This document shows positions 1 through 11,529 of a stretch of 64,000 nucleotides of DNA, in pieces. The notes below the pieces were generated by a model. That model did no database searches. It was not told the origin of the DNA and was given only the letters and a program-made list of their open reading frames with translations. The stretch comes from Octopus vulgaris. Its lineage: Eukaryota. The position numbers and the translations under genes are program-made. The stretch spans positions 57,040,001-57,104,000 of the forward strand of contig OX597815.1 in NCBI GenBank assembly GCA_951406725.2, written 5' to 3'. Every line of letters begins with the position of its first letter. Within the stretch, counting starts at the first letter, position 1.

Positions 1-1921
1 GTGCTTATTCTTACAAAAGAGCCACACCTGCACCTACCATAATCTATTTAACATATTTAGTTTATGCAATGACTCCTATACTAAACATTATCTCAGTTTT
101 ATATGACTTGGAATAACAAATATCAAGAAAACTCAGGCATGCCATTGTATCCTAAAAAGCAAGTGTAGACATCTCAGATTTTCCCTGCACCTTGAATATG
201 ATGGGCTTAACTGTTTATACCACTTTTTCATAATAATCTCTCATTCTCTACTTCATCAAGATTACACCATAAAATTTCTTTTAGGGCTCGGCTACTAACA
301 AGCCACATATATATCTTACATAGTAATAATGCTTACATATCTAGGATATTGTCTGTGTTTAAAAATCCTTTTTACTAGGCAGGTCTTTTCGTTAACTGCC
401 TTTCTGTTACTACTTTAATAGAATCTCTTTTCTCCAAACTAGTGACAGTATTCACTCTTATTTAAACCTAATCAATCCTGTCCCATCCTACTATATCATT
501 TTTCATGACAAGTAGTTTTTTTCAATTCTTCCACATTTCTCTGGAGCTTTTTTCTCATCCAATCTGTAAGAATTCAAGCTACCAATAATCATATGCCATT
601 TCTCCTTGATTTAGAGAGAGGATCACAAATGGTTATGAGCACTGCTTCATCGCTTCAGTTTTAGAAAACAACAGAAATTCAAGTGAATTAACTACCATTA
701 CATTATACACTTGATCCACTAATTTATGAAGAACTAAAAAGGCTTTAGGTACAGTTCTTATTCTACAATTTAAGAAATAAAAAGTATTCAAGATATTCTA
801 TTTAACTATTTTTTAAATCAATTGCAGCGTGGAAGGTGTTTATAAGCCATTTAAGAAACACACAAAACCGTTCGATTCACTTCAACATTTAAATTTAATT
901 AGTCAAAATATTTTTGCCGCTTTGAGACTGTGACCTGTTCACTGACAAAACTTCATGCTGCATCTCTTTTAAATATTTTTCACTTTATCTATTAAATAAC
1001 TGTAGTAATATAAACTGAAAATATAACTGAAAATCATTGGTAACTAGCTTATTCAACTGATAAACTTATCCGTATTTATTGACTTGGAGTTAAAGTAATA
1101 TCAATCTTTTATTTAGGAAATTAAATTGCTGCACTGTTAACTGTATGATTATCAGTTCAAAGCTTTTAATAACTGTTTTCTTTGGTCCGTATGGGTGATA
1201 ACAAACAAGTTTCATTTTTACTTCACAATTTTGCTAGTTGCAGAAAGAGTAGCAGTTTGCAATTTTTAAATTTGTCAAAATCATTCCTCTGATATTAATA
1301 TGGAAAATGAATATCAAAAGTTGAAATGTTTGTTTTATCAGTTTTTCTGAAATAAATATTAGCTATACATTTTTAATCTGTTTTTATTCTGAATACTTTG
1401 TTTGCTTCATAACTGTATGCATTTTGTTAATTCTCTTTTTTATTTTATGTGCATGTATCATGGATAATTTTTTTTTTCTTATAGATGAGAATATATTGGA
1501 ATATTGTCCAAAGATGATAGAATATTGCATTGCACACATTAGAATGTTCATTATTTTTTAATAATTATTGAAATATTTTGTGCTATTCCATAGAAGTTAT
1601 ATTGGCAATACATTCACTAAAATATAGACAAATTAAATTTTTTTAAATCTTATGAAGGAAAGTTTTTTCAAATTTAGCATCATTAACATACTAATTTATT
1701 TCAGTCTTTCTTGTTATTTTACTCTCTCTCTCTCTCTCTCATGCATGCACATTCACACACACACATTTTAACAGGTTATGAGCAATCACATTATTATTGT
1801 GAAAACATAATAGTAGAATATAAAAAGTTATTGTATTTCTGTTCACAAAGTGTTTGCAATTCTAGAAACTATTGACTGTTTATCTTTACAATAAATTTGA
1901 TTGCTCTATACATTTTTTCAG

Positions 1922-2166
1922 GAGTTATTAAACTAATGAAGATGCACACCAAATCAAAAATCTTAATTATTTTTACTAAGTATTTTGTGTTGAAGTTATT
2001 ATAAATCAACACCAATGTTGATTTCAAGAGTAAGCAAAATTGCAGTGTCTGTAATGTTTCAAAGTTTTGAATGCTTTGGGATAATGATGTTGTTTCTCTC
2101 TATCTATCAACATTGTCTATCTGTATGCATTAAATTTAAGTGTAACTACATCTTGATAATAATCAG
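1922..2166 (+). other. Possible 5'UTR or decayed exon
   Basis: ttttttcAG acceptor and CAG|gtaaga donor; no open frame across it. Confidence 0.3.
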
Positions 2167-2169
2167 GTA

Positions 2170-2172
<3 letters not shown>

Positions 2173-2238
<66 letters not shown>
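2173..2238. repeat. (CT)n microsatellite
   Basis: Seen directly. Confidence 0.95.
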
Positions 2239-2243
<5 letters not shown>

Positions 2244-2387
2244 ATGAAGATTAGTCAGTGATGGATCTACGAAGATTATTTCTAAAGGGAATTGATCTTA
2301 GTAGATTATCCAAATAATATCATTTTAAAATATCCTGTTATGAACATTAAAAGTTTCAAACTATATAAACAATTTTTTGTTTCCAAG

Positions 2388-2433
2388 GGGAATGAAACAC
2401 AGCCATAATTATAAGAAATTTAAAGATGCGCAG
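2388..2433 (+). CDS. Candidate host-gene exon (GMKHSHNYKKFKDAQ); ATG at 2392 may be the start
   Basis: Acceptor ttttttgtttccaAG at 2386-87; open frame; donor CAG|gtaata; ends in phase 0, matching the next exon. Confidence 0.45.
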
Positions 2434-3531
2434 GTAATAATAATAAAGTATTGTACTAGTTTCTTTTACTTTTTGAGCTGGTACGTTTAGCAAATATTTT
2501 AATAAGAGTAATATTATATTGTTATTTATATATATATGAGGAAAGCTAGCAATTTGTTAGTGAAATACATAAATATATAATAATTCATTAAAATTTTTTT
2601 TTATTAATTTGGTAATTTTTGGCTTTTGTGACTGAAGTTTATTCTTTTTAATATATGCATGTTCATGCACTTACACACAGGTTTTTTTTATGTAAACAGC
2701 TTTTAATGAAAGGAAATAACAGGCACAGTTGAATATGAAGAGATAGCTTTAGATATTGGAGTCAGCCTCTAAAATATGATGTCATCAATTATCAGTCACA
2801 AAATAAATTAGTTGCAAGGAAAATCTGGTGGCACTGGTATTTTAATAATCCTATAATATATTTGTTTTATGATGAGGTAGTTAAGCACCCTTACTTTTAC
2901 CACAGATTATCATTATCTTAAAAAGTGATGGTATTGCAACTCTTTGCATCTTTGGAGTTCCTTTGTATTATAAGTGGAATTCCTTTTTGTTAAAGCAACT
3001 AGTACTTTTCATTGATCTGTGGTTTGGGTGATGACATCCCTGGATGACACAAAACACTGTAAAATATAATTATAACAAAATTATCCAATCCATCTCCAGC
3101 CTTTGATTGTTTGAATGAATGTATATTTTTTTTTTTTAAATAGAATAGTTCTTGTAAATGTTTATTTTAATAAACCAAGTACAATTTATAAACTTTGATA
3201 AAGCCTTCAAGTATTTCTAAACCAATTAAATTGATTATACTGTTGTTTAACTAGATATTGGAATATAAATTCTTAAAGGTTAAGATTCAAGAAGTTTGTC
3301 ATCCTTTCACTGTCAGAAACCTTGTTTCAGATTCTCAGCTTCTTGCATAACTTTAGAAAGAAAAGTCATTAAATTTTTCTTAACTCTGAAAAATTAATAA
3401 AAACTATGTTGATGTTTAACAATTTTAAAGTGTCATTATTAAATTAAGTTCTGAGCAAACCTCCTCATACTCCATAAAATACCTCCACCACACTTGTTTC
3501 ATTGAAAGCTTCTTTTTTTATGGAATGCAAG

Positions 3532-3576
3532 CAAACTGGAATAAAGGAAAAGTGCACTGAGCACAAAGAGAATGAG
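3532..3576 (+). CDS. Candidate 45-nt host-gene exon (QTGIKEKCTEHKENE)
   Basis: Strong donor GAG|gtaagt; acceptor gcaAG after a T-tract; open frame; phase 0-0. Confidence 0.5.
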
Positions 3577-4299
3577 GTAAGTTTTAAGGTATCAGCACCC
3601 TTTTCAATAGAATCAGAATATTGTAGATTATATTTCTCTTCTAAGAATAACTGAATCTACCAGAAATGAAATGCATCCCACTTGCTAGATGTAAACATTT
3701 AGCTTAACCTTAGCTAGTCATACTCTTTAGTTATCATCAAATTATATCTGCATGTCTTTTTATTTGCTTTATGACATTTTCTTTTAAATTTTTCTTTCAA
3801 CATGATTTGCTGTTACTCATTTGGAAGTAGTGCACATTATCAATTTTTATTCCAAGTAATTTTTACTGAATATAAGATATTGAGAAAAAACTCAGTTGAT
3901 TCTGTTTAACTTAAATCTTCACTAAATTTGACAATTATATTTTTCTCTTAGGTTGATTTACCAAACAGGTGATTAAAGTTGTTCATTTTTAAGTGATTTG
4001 TTAAACCCTTTAAAATCAAAGACTTAATAGCTGGTTATTTAAGCATTTCCAAGTAGACTAGTCACTTCAATTTATTATTTTAGTTATATTTATGAAAATA
4101 TTATCTTTGAAATGTATTATACTATTGTAAAACAAAGCTTCATTTAAATGTGAAATGAAGAATATGGAAATGTCAAAAAAAGTTTTTGTCTCAAATTTGT
4201 GTTAAAAAAAATGTCTGTAATATAATGTCTGTAATATTTGATAAACAAATATTGTGATATTGTTCAGAAATGTATCAAAACAAACAAAAAAAATAAAGA

Positions 4300-4560
4300 T
4301 AATAATAAACATCCGAAGATCATATTTCACTACATTGTCTCACATCTTCTTGAGTCTACTTCTACAGGTTTCTTCCACAATTAGAGATCGGTACTTCTTT
4401 ACGCAGCTGCCCTTATCCATAGACATCACATGATCATACTAGCACAGTTTTTCTCTTGCACATTACATGTGATGCCTCTTATACCCAATTTTTCTTTCAA
4501 GACACACTCTGTCATGCGTTCACTCTGACATTGCACATCCAGTGAAGTGTACTAGCTTGT
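4300..4560 (-). mobile_element. Old RTE LINE ORF2 3' relic
   Basis: Resembles the WMCNVSV/EKLG/QE..RWY region of younger copies in this window. Confidence 0.55.
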
Positions 4561-4688
4561 AGGTTTAATACTATGTGAAGAAAATTGTCACACAACATAG
4601 AGCATATGAATACTTTTAAAATTCAAGAAAATGTTCATAGTTTTGTTCTGAAGATTTATTAAGAACATTAACTGATATATTTAAACAG

Positions 4689-4857
4689 ACTAACAAAGAG
4701 AGTGTGTGTGATTCCAGATGCACCTAAGTTGAATGATAGCCAACAAGTTTAAAATTTCAACCGCATCTTGCAAGGTATTATAACCTAGAATTGTTGTTGA
4801 AAAGTATAGAAATATTTATTTAGAAGGGTCTAGTATGATTTCTAATTATCCTTTAAG
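4689..4857 (+). pseudogene. Possible decayed exon
   Basis: aacAG acceptor and AAG|gtaaga donor; stops in all three frames. Confidence 0.3.
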
Positions 4858-4992
4858 GTAAGATGGCTTAATTTTCTTTGTTCAGTAATAAATTTTTGTT
4901 TCTAGGAAATTTACTGATCATTAGCATAGTTGTGCACTTTAAAACCATTTTGTTCATTCTTTTGATATGTTTTAATATTAATTTGAATGTAA

Positions 4993-5202
4993 AGGTGACG
5001 AGCTGGTGGAATCAGTAGCATAGTGGGCAAAATGCTTAGAGGTACTTCGTCTGTATGTTCTGAGTTTAAAATTTCACCAAGGCTGACTTTGCCTTTCATC
5101 CTTCTGGGCTCAAAATAATTGCCAGTTGAGTACTGGGATTGATGTAATCAACTTACCCCTTCCCCAGAACTATTGGCCTTGTGCCAAAATTTGAAACCAA
5201 TG
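4993..5202 (+). mobile_element. tRNA-derived SINE with a Meta-domain-like core
   Basis: gactttgcctttcatccttc... core and ccttgtgccaaaatttgaaacc tail; related copies elsewhere in the window. Confidence 0.75.
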
Positions 5203-5377
5203 TTAATTTGAATGTATGAAGTTGTATATGTAAAAACTTAACAGTGACCCTGTTTTTATACTCTTTTATGATGATTATTTAAAATCAAAATTTTCTATCA
5301 ATAGCAAAATGACAAAATAGGTATAAATACCATTATGGGAAGTCATAGCTGTGTTGTGCACAAATTAAAAAGATATA

Positions 5378-5621
5378 CAGGGGGTTGCAAAAGTAGATAT
5401 ACAGTATCACATCAATACTTAATTCACTAAAATTATTAGCACATTAAATTAGTTAGCCTCATTTTTGATATTTTTAGTGTCATTAATCATAATAATACAT
5501 TTATCATAACTATAATAATACTTTTATCATAACTTTTAATTTTTTTTTGCTAAAAATAAATGAGTATGTACATATTTTCTTTTTTTTTTCATAACTGTTT
5601 ACCTACTTTTGCACCATCCTG
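5378..5621. mobile_element. Tc1/mariner-type MITE, 244 bp
   Basis: TIRs cagggggttgcaaaagtagatatacagt and rc caggatggtgcaaaagtaggtaaacagt; TA on the left, CA on the right. Confidence 0.75.
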
Positions 5622-5927
5622 CATACATTGAATATGTTCTTTCCTATTTTCTCATTACACATGGTTTTGTGGGTGGTTTTCTACTGAGTCAAGTGTAGGA
5701 AGTAATACCTTTTTTGTCATGCTAATGAGCAGACCAATTAAGCTAGTTAGATTGTGCTAATACGGTTTGAACTTATAACCATTTGCTCATAATTATTTTG
5801 TTCATCATCAAAACTCCCTGAAATTATGGGTTTAAATTTAAAATGTTAATTTCTAAAATGTATACATTCTTCATTTTTCATATTATGAAGAGCACTTTTC
5901 TTATATAATAACTATTGCATATGACAT

Positions 5928-5930
<3 letters not shown>

Positions 5931-6003
<73 letters not shown>
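5931..6003. repeat. (TA)n microsatellite
   Basis: Seen directly. Confidence 0.95.
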
Positions 6004-6009
<6 letters not shown>

Positions 6010-6794
6010 CTGCTTCATGTACTTTAATATCTCACACAGACCTACCGTTAATGATGATCTTACAACTTGGCAGCATTTAGGGATACCATAAAAAATAAAT
6101 AAATAAGCTCTTCTTTTCTCAAGGAACAATCTTATCACTTATCTTGGAAATCAAGGATCCAATCACTATGCACTTTAAGTTTCTTTGTATGTTTTTGTAA
6201 AACTTCAAATTTATACTATTACCAAGGTTGCATTATTTTAAAACTGTTGCTGACAATTTACAAATATGTCTAAATATGTCCTTTTAGGAAGTAATTGTCT
6301 TTTATGTCTATGATAGTTTTACTACTTGATAACTAGTTCTGTAAGATTCTATTTAGGAAAAAAAAAAAATTCACTGAAGTGAAAATTCTCTTACTATTAT
6401 CTTTTTATTTTGCTCTTTTATTCTGCATTCTTAATTCCAGCTCTGCCGCAACTACATTTGAAACCATTCAATGATCTGCTTTCTACTTATTATCTAAGTA
6501 CTTAATCTTTCTTGGCCCTAGATTAAATGTTATATGTAATTTTCCATTGGGAAAAACCTTGGAATTTTCTCATATCCAGTAAATGGTACATAAAACACTA
6601 AGTTTTAGAACTGCATGTACCACTCATATTATCCTTCTTCCATTCTAAATTTTCATGGACTGTTGGAAATATGTACTTGTGTGTACATTAACATCATAAT
6701 CATGATTTTAACATCCATTTTTTCCATTTAAATTACATTCTTCATAACTCTGCATTATCTCATTAGCATTTTTCATCTGCACCTTTTTGTATAT

Positions 6795-8655
6795 TCATCA
6801 TCATCATCATCATTTAACGTCCGTTTTCCATGCTGGCATGGGTTGGACGGTTCAACCGGGGTCTAGTAAGCCATGGAGGCTGCACCAGGCTCTAGTCTGA
6901 TTTGGCAGTGTTTCAACAGCTGGATGCACTTTCTAATGCCAACCACTCCATGAGTGTAGTGGGTGTTTTTTACATGCCACCAGCACTGGGGTCAGAGCAG
7001 GCTGGCTAACGGCCACGATCGGTTGGTGCTTTTACATGTCACCAACACGGATGCCAGTCAGGCGACGCTAGTATCTGCCGCGTTCGGATGGTGCTTTTTA
7101 TGTGTCACCAGCACGGGTGTCTTAACTACAATTTCCATTTGAATTTTTATTTTGATGTTGACGTACTTGACTCAGCAGGTCTCCTCAAGAACAGCGGGTC
7201 ACTCTACAATCCAAGGTTAGCACAGCAGGCCGTCCTGCGAGCATGAACTCACTTCATTTGTCGGGTCTTCGAATCCTCAAGAACAGCGAGTCACTCTACG
7301 ATCCAAGGTTAGCACAGCAGGCCATCCTGCGAGCCATGAACTCACTTCATTTGTCAGGTCTTCGAAGTCACAGCATATCTCCAGAGGTCTCGGTCTTTCG
7401 TCATAGCCTCTGTGAGGCACAAAGTATGAAGGTCATGCTTGACCACCTCGTCCCATGTTTTCCTGGGTCTACCTCTACCCCGGATTCCTTTCACAGTTTG
7501 GGAGTGGCACTTCTTCACACATCTCTCCTCATCCATCCATAGTACATGACCATACCAACACAATTGTCTCTCCTGCATGCTGCATACAATGCTTCTTATG
7601 CCCAACATTTCTCTCAGGATGCTTGCACTCTGTCGTACATGGACACTAACATTGCACATCTAGGACGGCCTGCTCGCAGGACGGCCTGCTGTGCTAACCT
7701 TGGATTGTAGAGTGACCCGCTGTTCTTGAGGAGACCTGCTGAGTCAAGTACGTCAACATCAAAATAAAAATTCTTTGAAGCCTACGCATGTCCTCCACAG
7801 TCACAGCCCATGTTTCACTGCCATGAAGCATGGCAGTTCACACACATGCATCGTACAATCTACCTTTCACTCTGAGTGAGAGACCCTTTGTCGCCAGTAG
7901 GGGGAGAAGCTTCCTAAACTTTGCCCAAGCTATTCTTATTCTAGTGGTAACACTCTCTGAGCATCCACCCTTGCTACTAACTTGGTCACCTAGGTAGCAG
8001 AAACTATCAACTAGTTCTAGTTTCTCCCCAAGGAGTGTAATGGAATCTGTTTTCTGAGTATCAATGGTGTCTATTACCCCTGTGCATCTGCCACACACAA
8101 AAGCTATCTTCTCAGTTAATTTTCCTTTGATATTGCTGCACCTCTTATGTGTCCATAGCTTACACTGGGTACATCTTATGGAGTTTCTATCAACACCTTT
8201 TCTACAGATCAAGCAGGGCCACCTACCTGAAGGGGTGTGTGGTGAGTTTGCCTTCCTACTTACTAGAACTTTGGTCTTTGCTACATTGACTCTAAGGCCT
8301 TTTGATTCTAAACTTAGCTTCCACACACAAAATTTCTTTTCTAGTTCCGGTAGCGATTCTGCTATGAGGGCTAGGTCATCAGCATAGAGTAGCTCCCAGG
8401 GACAACCCGTCTTAAATTCCTCTGTTATTGCCTGGAGGACTATGATGAATAGAAGGGGGCTGAGGGCTGAGCCTTGGTGGACACCAATTTCTATCCTGAA
8501 TTCTTCACTGTATTCATTGCCAATCCTAACTTTACTACTAGCCTCTCTGTAGAGGGCTTGTACAGCCCTTATTAACCATTCGTCAATCTCCAGTTTCCAC
8601 ATCGCCCACCAGATAAGGGATCGGGGGACCCTGGCAAAGGCTTTCTCCAAGTCCA
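6795..8655 (-). mobile_element. 5'-truncated RTE-clade LINE (RT with PHD insert, 3'UTR, (GAT)n tail)
   Basis: DLEKAF, GVHQGSALSPLLF, LLYADDL, FCYLGD and GRGRPRKTW motifs; (atc)n tail near 6795-6812. Confidence 0.92.
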
Positions 8656-8690
8656 TTATTTGAAATAAGTAGACGATTTGTAGTTCTTTT

Positions 8691-8790
<100 letters not shown>

Positions 8791-9541
8791 TGCATTTGTA
8801 TATATTGGTAACACACATGAAACTGTTGTAACAGACTACATAACACATCAGTAAAAAAATAAATTTGACAGAAAAAAGCAAGTTGACAATATAACTGTCA
8901 TATACAGAATACATCATAAAAACAGAAAAACTCTTAGTGAAATCAATCTTAAAATTACAACAGAATTTCACAGTATGGCTAAACCCTGGACAGAAACTGA
9001 AAAGCCCAGTAAGAAATATTTTGTAATCTTATCTTCTCTCTTATCAAAAATGTAATACTAGTATGTTAATTTCATAGACATCACTCAGATTATATACCTC
9101 TAAGAGCCTGTAACTATTGATTTAATATAAACCTTGGTAAAATATTCTAAACTGTTTCTTTAAACATAGAGCCATCAAAGTATGAAAAAGTTATAATACA
9201 AAATGAAACTATTGTATAATAGTGTTTTAAATTTCACGTAATCACTTACTCAAACACATGAGTATATTTGCTTGTCTCTTTATTTTTTCAGGAAAACAGA
9301 TTATTCAGTGTAGCAATTATTTCAGTAATTTTGTTGTTTTAGTAAGATTTGATTTGACATCTTAATACAAAGATTGATAATTTTTACCTTAAATAGTCGG
9401 AACTTGAAATATATTTTTGAATTAAATTGTTATATAATTCCTTTATTTTATACCTTTTCAGTATATTTCTGAATAATACTAATTATAAGAGCTGATATTA
9501 GTGATTCTATTTTGGAAAATATATCAGTAGGCTTTAATAGT

Positions 9542-9589
<48 letters not shown>

Positions 9590-11529
9590 ATACGATACAG
9601 TGTATATTTAAACACATGAGGAATCCACTCGATGGATTCAACACGCTAGAAAGAACAGACTAGATAGTAAAATGTTTTTATTTTTCATTTCGTTCTTGTC
9701 GAATTTTATCCCTAATATATAATATGCATGGTATTAACTACTCTGATTTGTAATTCAAAAAATTAATTTAATGTCATACCTGTATCAAGTATGTCACAAT
9801 ATTCAAATATTTTATTATACATGTAGTATAAGAATGGATGGCTTTATTCTTTAAATTGTTAAAATAAAATTGATCTACTTACAATGGATTTTGTCTTTGA
9901 GTTATACATATTTTAGATATTAGCATATTCAAATATTATTTCACTCATAGATATTCCAACTTGTAAATGGTAAGTTAATTTTTAGCTAAGAATCTCAAAT
10001 GTAAGTTTTATTGTATATTTATATATTTTTATATATCAATTCAGTTTTATTTTGTATTGAGTAGAACCTGATTTTAAATCATAGAATTATTAGAAATACA
10101 TGTTAGGCAAAAGAGATTGTGTAAGAATAAAATATAACACATTTTTGAATAACCATCACCTTTACACCATGAGTTTTTCTCATTTATTCATGAACACCTC
10201 TGTGGTTTTCTTGGCTCTAGATCCACTGACCTTTACTATCCCTTGAAACACATTAGCTCTCTTTGCTTTTGAAAACTTTGAAGAAATCAATGTTATTGTC
10301 CTCAGCATCAATAAAGGCAATAATTGTCATTTGTAACAAGTGTATACAACTTCTGATCTACAGCTAAATTTCCCATACACTCTCTACTATACATTAGTGA
10401 CCTATTCATCATTATCTCTAACCCCATGAATACTCTTATGAAGCTATTACCATTCATTCATCCCCTTCTACACACAATCTAAAAACGTACACCTTGCATC
10501 GATGATGACTTAGACAATCATAAAACATAGTCACTATTCATATCAAGAAAAAAAACTCCACACACACATAAAACTTACACTAAAATCTTCACATTTTCTA
10601 TAAATACTTAACCTCATAATCTATAATGATTAACAGCTATAATCTAGCTAAGACTGCATTGCAAAGAGTGTGTTTCCTCTTCAACTCCTTAAAATACTTC
10701 AACTCTTTGTTGTCAATTACCTAATCCACAAGTTAAAATTGCATCTAATATTAGAGAGAGAAAAAAATAGCAATTTCATTCAATTTGTTTGCAAAGTTTC
10801 ATATTCACCAATAAGCTTATTAACATAGTGTGATCCTTCTGTTTTTTCTGCAATTAAACAATGAACTCTGCTCTTCTGAACTTACCGTCTATGTACAACT
10901 TCTACAGTAAACCTATTCAATACTTTTGCTTCACCTTATCTTATTCCTATTGTGTCTTACCTGCTTAAAAGTGAATATTAACTGTATCAACCTCACTAGT
11001 TAAGGGAACCTGCAAAATCTAAGGGCACCCTACTCCTACTTTCTCAGAATAACTAATAATAGACAATTTTATTTCTAACTTGGTAGAATGCTTGACAGCA
11101 TATTAAAAAATGAGTTTTGTATTCCTTGTCTATTGTCATTTAAGATAGTATAAAATGGTGTTTATACCTTCAGGTTTTAGCTGAAGTAGAAGCTTCTGTA
11201 ATTCACCAAGCTTTTGAAAGTCTATATTACTCTTTTTCAATAAGACAATATTCTGAGCAAACATCTGCAATCTTACTTTCCAAATGGCTTTAGTTTTATT
11301 TGGCCCTTATGATAATAACCTTTGGAAATGAACAGACATTTTTAGAGCTTAACTAGTAATATGAGTAAAATCACAAACTTGTTCTGAGTCACCTTGAACA
11401 TAATATTTACAAGACATGAACATGTTTAGTATCATTAACAAATTTACTCATAGCAAATGTTGAAAATATAATCTTACTGAGATGTCAAATATCTGTTTCT
11501 TGTGTAAAAGATATATTCTTTTATGCAAG

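Noticed and set aside
1-620. AP-endonuclease LINE relic on the minus strand (similar hint at ~10160-11000 plus)
   Set aside because: Too degraded to assign by eye
824-961. Hammerhead-like layout in a short repeat with gcagc...gctgc ends
   Set aside because: The core reads GTGAACA and GAAA is degenerate; possibly a PLE relic but not supportable as a ribozyme
9600-9660. gaatcca-ctcga-tggattc hairpin as a ribozyme
   Set aside because: No CUGANGA/GAAA core and no stem I
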